A stretch of DNA of 64,000 nt from assembly GCA_963840855.1 (NCBI GenBank), contig CAWJBB010000046.1, forward strand, positions 1 through 64,000, in the 5' to 3' direction. The notes beneath the pieces were generated by a model. It was not told where the DNA came from. It was given only the letters and a program-made list of their open reading frames with translations, and ran no database searches. Shown here piece after piece: positions 35,047 through 44,734 of the stretch (positions within the stretch are counted from its first letter, which is position 1; each line of letters begins with the position of its first letter). The stretch is from an uncultured delta proteobacterium. Its GTDB lineage: Bacteria > Desulfobacterota > Binatia > UBA9968. The position numbers and the translations under genes are program-made.

Positions 35047-35538
35047 ATGAAAGCGCTGTCATCTTTTCCTGTTTCACTTACCGTCAACGGCAATCCCTGG
35101 TCCGGCGACGTGCCGGTGGAAGAAACGCTGCTGGAATTTCTGCGCCTGCGCCTGCGCCTTACCGGCACCAAGCGCTCTTGCGAATCGGAGGTCTGCGGCG
35201 CCTGCACGGTGTTGGTGGATAATCGTCCGGTGAGCTCGTGCAACTATCTAGTATTTGAAGCGCACGGAAAAGCGCTGCTAACCATCGAAGGCGTGGCGCA
35301 GGGCGACCAGCTTGATCCATTGCAAGAAGCGTTCGTGCGCAACATCGGCGCCCAATGCGGTTACTGTACGCCTGGGCAAATCATGGCGGCCAAGGCGCTC
35401 TTGATGGAGAATCCCGATCCCACCCGCGAGCAGATCGCCGAATGGCTCAGCGGCAACATCTGCCGCTGTGGCGCGTACGGCGCCATTGCGAAATCCATTC
35501 TTGAAGCGGCTGAAGCCTATCGACAACCAAAGGATTGA
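35047..35538 (+). CDS. (2Fe-2S) small subunit (CoxS-like)
   Basis: GTKRSCESEVCGACTV, QCGYCTPG, GNICRC. Confidence 0.95.
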   Translation: MKALSSFPVSLTVNGNPWSGDVPVEETLLEFLRLRLRLTGTKRSCESEVCGACTVLVDNRPVSSCNYLVFEAHGKALLTIEGVAQGDQLDPLQEAFVRNIGAQCGYCTPGQIMAAKALLMENPDPTREQIAEWLSGNICRCGAYGAIAKSILEAAEAYRQPKD

Positions 35539-35637
35539 TGCATGACAAGAGCGATTTCACTTTCGTACTGCCATAATTCGAAGTTTTCGCGGCTTGCGCA
35601 AATTTTCCACTGACCTGAACTCGAACACGGGGATTTA

Positions 35638-35848
35638 CTCGCGCTAAGGCGCAAAGTACGCCAAGTTCGGAGGGGAAAGATGAATAGTCTATCAAAAAAG
35701 TTTCACCGTTATCGTTCGACCTTCGCGACCTTGGCGTCTTTGCGCGAGATATTCCGAATTTCGGTTGCGGCCCTGCCGACAGCTCCTGCTCAGGGTGAAC
35801 GGTCAAGGCTCAAGCCGTTTGTGGTGAGGCTCTCGAACCATGAACGGC
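35638..35848. repeat. composite REP/MITE-like region between convergent genes
   Basis: ctcgcgctaaggcgcaaagtacgccaag ... cttggcgtctttgcgcgag inverted pair, followed by a gctcagggtgaacgg ... tcgaaccatgaacgg REP-like motif. Confidence 0.55.
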
Positions 35849-35945
35849 AAACGCTATGTAGCTGTTACAGCTCACTAGTAAGAGTAGGCGCTCATTCGAA
35901 AGATTGGAATTCTGCGAACGAGTGGGTGGTTACCTCGATGCGGAG

Positions 35946-37007
35946 TTATTGGCGCGGCGGCAGCGGCTCTCCCGCGGCGAGCGTTTTGAATAGCTCGATG
36001 ATATTGCGATCCCTGGGCACCCCCGCAATCGCGCTCTCCATGGCTTCGGGCGTCAAAGGCGAGGCCTCATCGCCGGTGAGCTTTTTAAACTCTTTGTGAA
36101 ACTCCGCATCCTTGAAAATCTTGCGCATGGCGTCCTGAAGAATCTGCACGCGCTCTTTCGGCGTGCCGGGCGGCAAAATGTAAGGCGATCCAGCGAGTCT
36201 GAATGCCCGGGACATGCCAAGAATTTTCCGGTCGGTTTCTGATTTGGCGAAGCTTTCCAGCTCCGGGAGTTGTTTGAACTGTGGATGCTTTTCGCCTTTG
36301 GGAATCTCGACGATGGCATGAAAGTCGACGCTCTTTTTTTCAATCCATTCGGGCGTGCGCTGAACGACGGTGTCGGCAAGATTCGCCCGCGCGTCGATCT
36401 CGCCACGGACCAGCGCCCCGTCTACTTCCGGTCCGCTATAGCCAGTGACAAAGCGCGGCTCCTTAAGTTCCAGCAGGTACGCAAAAAGGCGCCCGACCAT
36501 GTAGATGTCATGTCCAACGGACTGTGCGCCGACCCGCGCGCCTTTTGCGGATCTGAGCTTCTCCAACGTGTTCCATCCCGCTTCGCTGCGGGTCAAAAAG
36601 ACGTAATGCGTGGCGCTGTTTGGCGATCCCAGGTAGATGAATTTGTCGAGTTCATATTGCACGCCGGTCTCACCCAGAACCGCGTTGGCGACCAGACCGG
36701 CGCCGACGTTGCCGATGGTCAGGCCGTCGGGCTTGGCGGAGCGGAAAATATAATTGGCGGCCTTCCTGCCGCCGCCACCCGGCATATATTCGTTTATGAC
36801 CGTCGGCTCGCCGGGAATGTATTTCCTGAGGAAGTTGATCACCGCCCGAACCCGCATGTCGCCGGTTCCTCCCGGCTCGCGGGCCTGGACAATCGTGATC
36901 GTCTTTCCTTTATAGAACGGCTCCTGCGCGCGCGCGTTTGCCGGCACTAAACAAATCCCGAGCCCCGCGAAAACCAGCATTAAAGAATGAGTGATCATCG
37001 TAGTCAT
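35946..37007 (-). CDS. tripartite tricarboxylate transporter substrate-binding protein (TctC/Bug-like)
   Basis: Signal peptide, FYKGKTITI, PGGTGD, MPGGGG, AKPDGLTIG, PPGTPKERV. Confidence 0.88.
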   Translation of the reverse strand: MTTMITHSLMLVFAGLGICLVPANARAQEPFYKGKTITIVQAREPGGTGDMRVRAVINFLRKYIPGEPTVINEYMPGGGGRKAANYIFRSAKPDGLTIGNVGAGLVANAVLGETGVQYELDKFIYLGSPNSATHYVFLTRSEAGWNTLEKLRSAKGARVGAQSVGHDIYMVGRLFAYLLELKEPRFVTGYSGPEVDGALVRGEIDARANLADTVVQRTPEWIEKKSVDFHAIVEIPKGEKHPQFKQLPELESFAKSETDRKILGMSRAFRLAGSPYILPPGTPKERVQILQDAMRKIFKDAEFHKEFKKLTGDEASPLTPEAMESAIAGVPRDRNIIELFKTLAAGEPLPPRQ

Positions 37008-37026
37008 TGCTCAACGCACAATCGGT

Positions 37027-37503
37027 TCAGTCGCCGGATGGCGAAAGATCTTGATGCTTGAACGCCTCCGGGATGCGTGCGATGGTTTTTTTCTCTTCCA
37101 CGAGTAGATAAGGCAAACTGATGGAGTCCATGAGCCGAGTCAGGTAAAGGCCGTTCGATATATGGTGGGGCCGCGGATCGCCGAAGACTCCTCTCAGGGT
37201 GGTGAAGATAAACATTGGAATGTGATAGGTATAATTAATTTTAGTGAGCGCGTAGACGCAGGTCATGAGCCCGGAGGCGCCCATCAGAGCCATAGCGGGA
37301 ATTCCGCCGAAGTAAGCGCCGGAACAAAGGCCGATGGCGGACTCCTCGCGGTTGACCGGCACATGCTTAAAACGGTCGTCCTTCTCGACCGTGTGAATGA
37401 GGTCGGCGATCCAATCGTCGGGGAGGCTGGCAACCAACCTGATGCCGCTCCTGGCGAGTTGTTCGACGATGGCCGAGGTGGCTTCTTTTTGTTTCTCGCT
37501 CAC
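37027..37503 (-). CDS. TPP-binding decarboxylase alpha subunit-like (ComD/phosphonopyruvate decarboxylase N-domain), C-terminus probably damaged
   Basis: AGGAGG RBS plus GTG; VASLPD, VNREESAIGLCSGAYFGG, MGASG; a shifted frame reads KIFRHP near the end. Confidence 0.7.
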   Translation of the reverse strand: MSEKQKEATSAIVEQLARSGIRLVASLPDDWIADLIHTVEKDDRFKHVPVNREESAIGLCSGAYFGGIPAMALMGASGLMTCVYALTKINYTYHIPMFIFTTLRGVFGDPRPHHISNGLYLTRLMDSISLPYLLVEEKKTIARIPEAFKHQDLSPSGD

Positions 37504-37724
37504 GTCTGGGACCTCCTGCGGAAGGCAATAGCGCGGCGTGACAAAACCTGATAGCGACCCAAAACAATTTTGCCATAACACTGCGTCAGCCGGGATGTCA
37601 AGAAATCCATCGCCGAGACGCGCATCGCTCACTGCCGGTGCGTGTGCGAAAAGTGACGGCTTGAAGATTTTGAATCATTTGAACGAACCGATGAGCGAAG
37701 CAAAATCTTTCGGGGAGTCGTGAA

Positions 37725-39191
37725 ATGGAGCAAGACGGTCTCAGAAGTTGGCTGAAACAAGCAGACGAATTAGGCGAGCTCAGAACCATTGAGGGAGCCG
37801 ATTGGGATTTAGAGATTGGCGGCGTGACGGATATCCTGACCGAGCGCGGCAAGTCGCCGGCGGTGCTGTTCGATTCGATCAAGGGATTTCCGCGGGGGCA
37901 TCGCGTTCTGGTTAATTCCCTCGGCTCAACCAAGCGGCTCGGGCTTTGTCTCGGCATGCCGCAAAACCTGACTTCGATGGAGTTCGTCGCCGAGTGGCGG
38001 CGCCGGTCGAAGACTTTGAAGCAGACTCCGCCGACCTATGTGAAGGACGGGCCGGTGTTGGAAAATATTCAACGCGCTGAAAATGTAAACCTGTTAGCGT
38101 TCCCGACGCCGCGCTGGTTCGAGTTGGACGGCGGCAGATACATCGGCACCGGCAGCGTGAATATAACTCACGATCCCGAGGAAGGCTGGACCAATCTGGG
38201 CACCGCGCGGGTGATGATTCACGACGAGAACTCGGTTGGTTTTTATATCGCCCCCGGACGGCATGGCCGCATTCATCGCGACAAGGCATTCGCCCGCGGC
38301 GAACCGTTCAAAGTCGCCATTTCCTGCGGTCACGATCCTTTGATTTTTCTCGCCGGCGCCCTCGAAGTGCCCTATGGCGTCTGCGAGTATGATTTTATCG
38401 GCGGCATTCGGGATCAGCCGGTGGAGGTGCTCAAAGGAGAATTTACCGGACTGCCGATTCCTGCCACCGCGGAGCTCGTGCTCGAAGGCGAGTGCGTGCC
38501 GGGAATCGAGAAAATCGAGGGGCCCTTCGGCGAATGGACGGGATATTACGGCAGTTCGGCAAGGCCCGAGCCCATCGTAAAGATTCACAACGTCATGTAC
38601 CGCAACAATCCGATCATTCTCGGCTACACCCGCAAGTGGCGCGCGCCGCTCAAAGCCGCGCTGGTGTGGGATGACCTGGAAGCGGCCGGTGTCCCGGACG
38701 TGCGCGGCGTCTGGTATCACGAGGCGGCCGGCGCGGCGTATCTGTTTCTGGTGGTTTCCATCAAGCAGCGCTATCCGGGCCACGCCCGCCAAGCAGGGTT
38801 GATCGCCACGGAGTGCCACGCCGCGGCTTACTTGGGACGTTATACCGTGGTGGTTGACGACGATATCGACCCGACTAATCTGGACGAAGTTATGTGGGCG
38901 CTCTGTACTCGTTCGGATCCGGTCAAAGACATCGAGATTCTACGGCGCTGTTGGAGCGGCCCGCTCGATCCGATCATTCCCAAAGACGACAAAGGCTTTA
39001 ACTCCCGCGCGGTCATTGACGCCACGCGGCCCTATGAGTGGAAGGATACCTTTCCGCCGGTGTCGCGCTCCAGCCGGGAATTACGCGAACGGGTGTTGGG
39101 CAAGTGGGGCGACAAACTCTCTAGCGTGTTTTTTCTCTTCTCGAAGAAATTCGCATGGAGAAAGAAGGAGTCGACATGTCACTTCAGTTAA
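37725..39191 (+). CDS. UbiD-family (prFMN-dependent) decarboxylase
   Basis: PAVLFDSIKG, DGGRYIGT, EGPFGEWTGYY, VVVDDDIDP, RAVIDATRP. Confidence 0.93.
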   Translation: MEQDGLRSWLKQADELGELRTIEGADWDLEIGGVTDILTERGKSPAVLFDSIKGFPRGHRVLVNSLGSTKRLGLCLGMPQNLTSMEFVAEWRRRSKTLKQTPPTYVKDGPVLENIQRAENVNLLAFPTPRWFELDGGRYIGTGSVNITHDPEEGWTNLGTARVMIHDENSVGFYIAPGRHGRIHRDKAFARGEPFKVAISCGHDPLIFLAGALEVPYGVCEYDFIGGIRDQPVEVLKGEFTGLPIPATAELVLEGECVPGIEKIEGPFGEWTGYYGSSARPEPIVKIHNVMYRNNPIILGYTRKWRAPLKAALVWDDLEAAGVPDVRGVWYHEAAGAAYLFLVVSIKQRYPGHARQAGLIATECHAAAYLGRYTVVVDDDIDPTNLDEVMWALCTRSDPVKDIEILRRCWSGPLDPIIPKDDKGFNSRAVIDATRPYEWKDTFPPVSRSSRELRERVLGKWGDKLSSVFFLFSKKFAWRKKESTCHFS

Positions 39192-40138
39192 CCATCGCCT
39201 GCGGCGACTACGACCGTACCCACCCGTTGATCGACGGCGCGGTCAAGCCGGAAGGGATCGAGCTCAACTGGTTGGTCTTGCCGCATTTTGAAATTTGGAC
39301 GCGCATGCTGAATTACTACGACTTCGACCTATCCGAAATATCGCTTTCCTCTTACATCATCTCCCGAACCATTGGAAAGCCGCTGACGGCGATCCCGGTC
39401 TTTCCGGCGCGGGCATTTCGCCATTCTTATATTTTTATCAATACCAAGAGCGGCATCCGCGAGCCGAAGGATCTCATGGGCAAACGCGTCGGCCTGGCTG
39501 AGTTTCAGCAAACAGCCACCGTCTGGCTTCGCGGGACCCTGCAACATGAGTACGGCGTCAATCTCGACGATATCGAATGGTTCACCTGGGTGCCCAGGCA
39601 GCGCATGGAGATCGAACTGCCGAAACGCTACAAAGTCACGCACCTTGCGCCGGACCGAAAACCGGATCAGCTGCTTTTTGACGGCGAACTCGACGCGATC
39701 ATGATCCCCAGTCTCTTCCCGTCCCTGTTTAATCCGCCGCCGCATATCCGCCGGCTATTCGAAGACTCAGAAAAAGTTGAAGCCGCGTATTTCAAGAAGA
39801 CCGGAATATTTCCGATCATGCATTCCGTCGCGCTGCGCCAAGATGTTTGGGAAAAGCACCCGTGGATCGCGAGAAGCTTGTTCAAAGCATTCCAGCGCGC
39901 CAAGGAAGACGCCTACCTAAGATTACATGACTTGTCGCCCTATAAGCTCAGCCTGGCCTGGTTTCGCGGACCGGTCGAAGAGCAGGAGCGAATTCTTGGC
40001 GACGATCCATGGCCCTATGGTCTTGAAAATAACCGCCATGTCGTCGAAACGCTGATGACATATCTTTACGAGCAAGGGTTGGCGCAAAAGAAACTCACGA
40101 TGGAACAGCTTTTCGCGCCGAATACGTTCGATCTCTAA
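39176..40138 (+). CDS. 4,5-dihydroxyphthalate decarboxylase-like protein (solute-binding-protein fold)
   Basis: LTIACGDYDRT.PL.DG.V, EISLSSY, PVFPARAFRHS, TGIFPIMH, DPWPYG. Confidence 0.85.
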   Translation: MSLQLTIACGDYDRTHPLIDGAVKPEGIELNWLVLPHFEIWTRMLNYYDFDLSEISLSSYIISRTIGKPLTAIPVFPARAFRHSYIFINTKSGIREPKDLMGKRVGLAEFQQTATVWLRGTLQHEYGVNLDDIEWFTWVPRQRMEIELPKRYKVTHLAPDRKPDQLLFDGELDAIMIPSLFPSLFNPPPHIRRLFEDSEKVEAAYFKKTGIFPIMHSVALRQDVWEKHPWIARSLFKAFQRAKEDAYLRLHDLSPYKLSLAWFRGPVEEQERILGDDPWPYGLENNRHVVETLMTYLYEQGLAQKKLTMEQLFAPNTFDL

Positions 40139-40191
40139 GCCGTTAAAATCTTTCAAGCCGTTCAAAAACGCCAAAAGAGGAGGGTAGTTCG

Positions 40192-40584
40192 ATGGCAAAA
40201 ACAACGCTCAATCCAGAGGGACTCCCGGTGCCTCGTGGGAGTTATTCGCTGGTCAATATTGCCCAACCGGGCCGGATGGTATTTATCGCCGGCCAGACCG
40301 CTTCAGATACCGCGGGTAATGTGGTCGGTGTCGGCGATGCCCGGGCGCAGACGCGCTTTGTGCTCGGCAAGATCCAACGGGCCGTCGAAGCGGCCGGCGG
40401 GACGATGAACGACGTTGTCGCGATGAGTGTGTTCACGACCGACGTTCGCTATCATCGGGACATCAACGAAACGCGGCGCGAAGTTTTGGCGGGGAATTTT
40501 CCAACCAGCACAATGGTTCAAGTCGTCGCTTTGGCGCGGCCGGAATTGCTGCTGGAAATCAACGCAATTGCCGTTATAGCCTGA
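40192..40584 (+). CDS. RidA/YjgF family protein
   Basis: FIAGQTA, PTSTMVQVVALARPELLLEINAIAV. Confidence 0.9.
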   Translation: MAKTTLNPEGLPVPRGSYSLVNIAQPGRMVFIAGQTASDTAGNVVGVGDARAQTRFVLGKIQRAVEAAGGTMNDVVAMSVFTTDVRYHRDINETRREVLAGNFPTSTMVQVVALARPELLLEINAIAVIA

Positions 40585-40625
40585 CGGCTGCTGAGACGCC
40601 CGAGCGAGTCTAGCAGGCTGCGACT

Positions 40626-40680
40626 GGAGTGGTGGAGTGATGGGTTCGAGAACCAATACTCCGTTACTCCAACACTCCAT
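40626..40680. repeat. 8-nt-period inverted repeat element (TGGAGT.. / ..ACTCCA)
   Basis: tggagtggtggagtgatgg ... ccaatactccgttactccaacactcca; similar half copy at 49353-49372. Confidence 0.6.
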
Positions 40681-40825
40681 GTCGTTCACGCACATCCGAG
40701 ATCGTTTCGAGCGGTCTGCACACAGCGTTTTCACCTTCCTGTTGGTAATCGCAAACCGGCTGCTTGACAGGGAAAAAACTTGAGTGATAACGCTATAATA
40801 TTTGCAGCAAGTGTAGGAGGGAAGC

Positions 40826-41734
40826 ATGCTGGACAAAGTTGATCCTTTGAAAGGTCCGATCACCCGGCCGGTAGTTGTACGGCAAGAAGAAGGTGATGAG
40901 CAAGGCGCGACGCACCGAGGCGGCGGCAGGAGAAGCGAGATCTACGGCTTCTTTGACCCCGAGCACGGGATAAGAATGAGGGCGGGAATCACCACTTATA
41001 CGCCGGAGCGTTACAATCCGCGGCACCGCCACAGCGACGAGGCGGTGCGTTATTACTACCGCGGCGCCGAATGTTACGGCAGAGATGTCTTGGAGGAAGG
41101 CGACTGCGTGTACGTGCCGGAAGGCGTTTACTACGGCCCAACGCGCACCGCCGAGAAATGTGCGCAAAACGTGCGCATCTCGCTCCATTTCCCCGGTCCG
41201 TCGGGATTTCCAACGCCGGTGTGGTCGGAGGTCATGCAAGCGCAAAAAGAAATGCGCGAAAAGAAGGTAGGGCAGTTCGAGAAAGGGCTGTTCATTTGGC
41301 CGGATGGTAAAAAACAAGACGGATTCGAAGCGGTCCAGGAATACCTCGTCGGCCACAAGCTCAAGTATCCACAGCCGCGCTATCAAAATTACGTCATCAT
41401 GCGTCACGCCAACTATGCATGGGTGCCGTTGGAGGGAACGGCTGGCGTTTCCGTGAAGCATCTCGGCTATTTCAATGAAAGCGGCCCGAACATTAAACTG
41501 GTGCGCATGGAGCGCGGCGCCGAAACGCCCGGAGGCCAGGTTGGTTTTCAGCAGGTGCGTCTGGTTCTGGAAGGCGAAGTAAAGTACGACGGCGAAAATT
41601 ATCGACCGGTGTCCTGCATGTTCTTTCCTGCAGGCGCGCCATACTCGCCGGTTACCGCGGTCACCGAGACCACTCTGTTGGTCACTCAGCTTGGGATGCC
41701 GGGAAATTCTCCTCTGCCATTTTGCGTGCTGTGA
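40826..41734 (+). CDS. bicupin-like hypothetical protein
   Basis: PRHRH, YVPEGVYYGP motifs; GGAGG RBS. Confidence 0.7.
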   Translation: MLDKVDPLKGPITRPVVVRQEEGDEQGATHRGGGRRSEIYGFFDPEHGIRMRAGITTYTPERYNPRHRHSDEAVRYYYRGAECYGRDVLEEGDCVYVPEGVYYGPTRTAEKCAQNVRISLHFPGPSGFPTPVWSEVMQAQKEMREKKVGQFEKGLFIWPDGKKQDGFEAVQEYLVGHKLKYPQPRYQNYVIMRHANYAWVPLEGTAGVSVKHLGYFNESGPNIKLVRMERGAETPGGQVGFQQVRLVLEGEVKYDGENYRPVSCMFFPAGAPYSPVTAVTETTLLVTQLGMPGNSPLPFCVL

Positions 41735-41864
41735 AGGATTGGAGGGAGTACCAAATCTCAAACGCCGAGGCATTGACTTAGAACGGCCAATAGCGACCAT
41801 GATGTTTCGACCAAGAGAGTTCCGGATGTCGTATCAACGGCCCATAGGCCAAGAGGAGGGTGCA

Positions 41865-42944
41865 TTGAAAACGCGGTTGTACGGTTCCATCGTGTTGCTG
41901 GCGATGCTTTTTGGGTCCTCAGTATCGGCCCCATGCTTCGCCGCGACGGTCCAGGAAGTCATCAAGAAAGTATCGGCATTGCCGCCGGCACAACGGAAAA
42001 AAGCGCTTGAAGACGGCGCCCGCCAAGAAGGGCAATTTGTTTTCTATACATCGGTGAGCGTTCAGGATAACCCTCGGATAATGACTGCTTTTGAAAAGGC
42101 GTTTCCCTTCGTTAAGACCGAGGTTTATCGCGGCACGCCGAGAAGCGCGTTCCTCAAGGCGGCCACGGAGGCGAGGGCCGGGCGCTATGCAGTGGATATC
42201 GTCGGAACTGCGCCGGTCGAGATGTGGCAGTTGAAACAGGCCAAGTTGTCGACGGGCTACCTGTCTCCGGAACTGCAAGGGATGCCCAAAGGCTCTTTCG
42301 ATCCGGAAGGCTACTGGTCGGCCTTTGAAGTGACGCCGATCGTGGTTGCGTTTCAAACGAAGTTGCTCAAGAGCGCCGATTTCCCGAACAACTATCAGGA
42401 TCTGCTCAATCCAAAATATAAAGGGAAAATGAATCTCGGCACCGAGGAATACGATTGGTTCAGCGTGATGCTGGACGCTATGGGGCAGGATAAGGGTCTG
42501 GCTTATATGCGGGCATTGGCCAAACAAGATCTCCACTTGCCCGGACCGAGCAGCCGCATGCGGGTCCAACTCATGTTGGCCGGAGAGTCCGCTATCGCAT
42601 TGGCGGCGCGCGGACGGCGCGTGGTCGACTTCAAAGAACAGGGAGCGCCGATCGATTTCCGCATCTTCGAACCCTACGCGGGGGAGCCCAACTCGCTGGC
42701 GATCATGGCGCGGGCGCCCCATCCGCACGCGGCGATCCTTTTTACCGACTACCTATTGTCGCAGGAAGGGCAGGTCATGCTGGCGAACATTCCCCGGCTC
42801 AGCATCCGCAAAGGCGTCAAACAGAAGGGCCTGCTGCAAGACTTGTTCGCCAAGGAATTCAGCTTCGTAAATCCGGCTTCCTACGGCGCCAATACCAAAC
42901 AACTCATCGATCAATTCAATCAGATTTTCGGTATCCGGCCGTGA
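41865..42944 (+). CDS. ABC transporter extracellular solute-binding protein (Fe3+/thiamine/polyamine-like)
   Basis: Signal peptide, ARQEGQFVFYTS, DLLNPKYKGK, APHPHAAILFTDYLLSQEGQ. Confidence 0.88.
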   Translation: MKTRLYGSIVLLAMLFGSSVSAPCFAATVQEVIKKVSALPPAQRKKALEDGARQEGQFVFYTSVSVQDNPRIMTAFEKAFPFVKTEVYRGTPRSAFLKAATEARAGRYAVDIVGTAPVEMWQLKQAKLSTGYLSPELQGMPKGSFDPEGYWSAFEVTPIVVAFQTKLLKSADFPNNYQDLLNPKYKGKMNLGTEEYDWFSVMLDAMGQDKGLAYMRALAKQDLHLPGPSSRMRVQLMLAGESAIALAARGRRVVDFKEQGAPIDFRIFEPYAGEPNSLAIMARAPHPHAAILFTDYLLSQEGQVMLANIPRLSIRKGVKQKGLLQDLFAKEFSFVNPASYGANTKQLIDQFNQIFGIRP

Positions 42945-42972
42945 TCGGGAAAATGCCTTTGGAGGACGAAAT

Positions 42973-43653
42973 ATGCTCGTGGACATAAGCTATCCAGATC
43001 CGGTGCGGGTCGAACTGGACGCAAGTAAGACTTTGCTGATTATCGTCGATATGGAAAATTGCTCGGCGCACCCCAACGGGCCGCAGTACATGGGCGAGCC
43101 GGTAGAAAAGATAATTCCAAGAATCGCGCAGCTCAGAAACTATGTGCGTGCCCATGGAGGGCGCGTCCTTCACACCCAATCGGTGCGCCGACGCGATGCG
43201 TTGGAATTCACCTTGTTCCACAACGTCGTGCGCAAGCTGGAAGGAAGCTGGGACGCGGAATTTATCGACGCCTTGAAGCCCGCGGCGGATGAGCCGGTGG
43301 TTGTTAAGTACACGCACGACTGCTTCTATCAAACCGAGATGGAGCACTGGTTGAAACGGCTCGAAATCCGTCCCGGCGATGGTCGGGTGATCGTGACGGG
43401 GATCGCTTCCCGCGGCTGCGTTCAATGCGCGGTGACAGGGTTCAGCATTCGCGATTATTACGTTTACGTTCCCATGGATTGCACTGCGGCAAAGGACGAA
43501 ACCGAAACCCTGCTATCGTTTTCGCTCTACCGCGGCTTCGGCTACCGTTACAATGTCACGATGACGCAGTCGGAAATGATCACGCTAGCATCGACAGCTG
43601 CGACTGCTCACGAGCCAGCCGTCACAGGCGCGGTGCGGAGTTTGCAACCCTAG
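42973..43653 (+). CDS. isochorismatase/cysteine hydrolase family protein
   Basis: LLIIVDMEN, VVKYTHDCF, VTGIASRGCV. Confidence 0.88.
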   Translation: MLVDISYPDPVRVELDASKTLLIIVDMENCSAHPNGPQYMGEPVEKIIPRIAQLRNYVRAHGGRVLHTQSVRRRDALEFTLFHNVVRKLEGSWDAEFIDALKPAADEPVVVKYTHDCFYQTEMEHWLKRLEIRPGDGRVIVTGIASRGCVQCAVTGFSIRDYYVYVPMDCTAAKDETETLLSFSLYRGFGYRYNVTMTQSEMITLASTAATAHEPAVTGAVRSLQP

Positions 43654-43675
43654 GGCAGCGGACGACCGGGGAATC

Positions 43676-44716
43676 TTAATAGCCCCAACGTCGCGCCGCC
43701 ACGCTGACGCGGGCGAATTCGTCTTGCAGCTCCGGCCGCGCTCGCAGTTCCGCGAACGCCTCCTTCACTAAATCTTGCGCGGCCACGTCTTTGATGGGCG
43801 GAACGTCGTAATTCAGATCTCCAATCGCTTTCTCTTCGCGCAAAAGATCCTCGAAGCCGGTAGCGAGCCCATCGATGGGAAAGGGCATTGCCTCAAGGTG
43901 CTGAGGCGATTCTCCGGCGAACTTGATTTCTCGTTCTTCAGGATCCGGACTTGCGCAACGCAGCCTTCTCTCAAGATTGTGGAGGTACTCAAAATTCTTG
44001 GGCATGTCTCGCATGAACCAGTACGCCCGGATCATGGCTCTGAGAAACGCCTTCACCAATTCCGGCCTTTCTTCGAGGATTCGGCCGGTAGCAGCGATAA
44101 TGCGCTCGGGCCGGCCGTTGGGATACTGTTGCTGCAGCGTCACCAGGGCATGGCACCCCTCTTTTTTGAGCTCTTCAGCTTCCCAGACCGCCACCGGCGC
44201 GCAGTCGACCTTGCCTGAGCGCAATGCCTCGATATGGACCGGGTGATAGATTCCCCGAACGAACTCCACATCGCGGTTTGGGTCGAGGCCTGCCTTGTGC
44301 AGCCAGATCGTGATGCCCCAGTGGCGATTGCTGCCGAAATCGCTGATGCCGACCTTCTTACCCTTGAGATCCTGAAGCGACTTGATGTGCGGCGCGCTCA
44401 TCCACACGTGAATATGTTGGTTCCGCCAACCTGCAATTATATAGAGATCAGCACCCCTGGAGCGCTGGTAAAACACAGTCCGAGTTTGAACGTCGAGCGC
44501 GATATCAATTGATTTTTCCTTCATGGCTTGTGAGATTCCCAATTTTTCCAACCCAAACGGTACCATGGAATCCCGCGAGATCTCGTAAGCCGGGAAACCG
44601 TCGGCGCTTCTCAGTCCCTCATCGTGGAAGAAGTTCATCTCGTGCGCGGTCATGACCGGGACGAGGTGAAGCACATGATAACAAGTCGGCGCGATGCGTA
44701 ATTTTCCGTCTAACAT
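43676..44716 (-). CDS. NMT1/SsuA-like ABC substrate-binding protein
   Basis: IKSLQDLKGKKVGISDFGS, GLDPNRDVEFV, PELVKAFLRAMIRA. Confidence 0.8.
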   Translation of the reverse strand: MLDGKLRIAPTCYHVLHLVPVMTAHEMNFFHDEGLRSADGFPAYEISRDSMVPFGLEKLGISQAMKEKSIDIALDVQTRTVFYQRSRGADLYIIAGWRNQHIHVWMSAPHIKSLQDLKGKKVGISDFGSNRHWGITIWLHKAGLDPNRDVEFVRGIYHPVHIEALRSGKVDCAPVAVWEAEELKKEGCHALVTLQQQYPNGRPERIIAATGRILEERPELVKAFLRAMIRAYWFMRDMPKNFEYLHNLERRLRCASPDPEEREIKFAGESPQHLEAMPFPIDGLATGFEDLLREEKAIGDLNYDVPPIKDVAAQDLVKEAFAELRARPELQDEFARVSVAARRWGY

Positions 44717-44734
44717 ACGAGATTTCCTTCCGCG

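Noticed and set aside
35680-36099. 139-aa ORF
   Set aside because: Made of REP-like repeats and the antisense strand of the TctC gene.
40793-41800. 335-aa minus-strand ORF
   Set aside because: Antisense to the cupin-like gene, which has an RBS and recognisable motifs.
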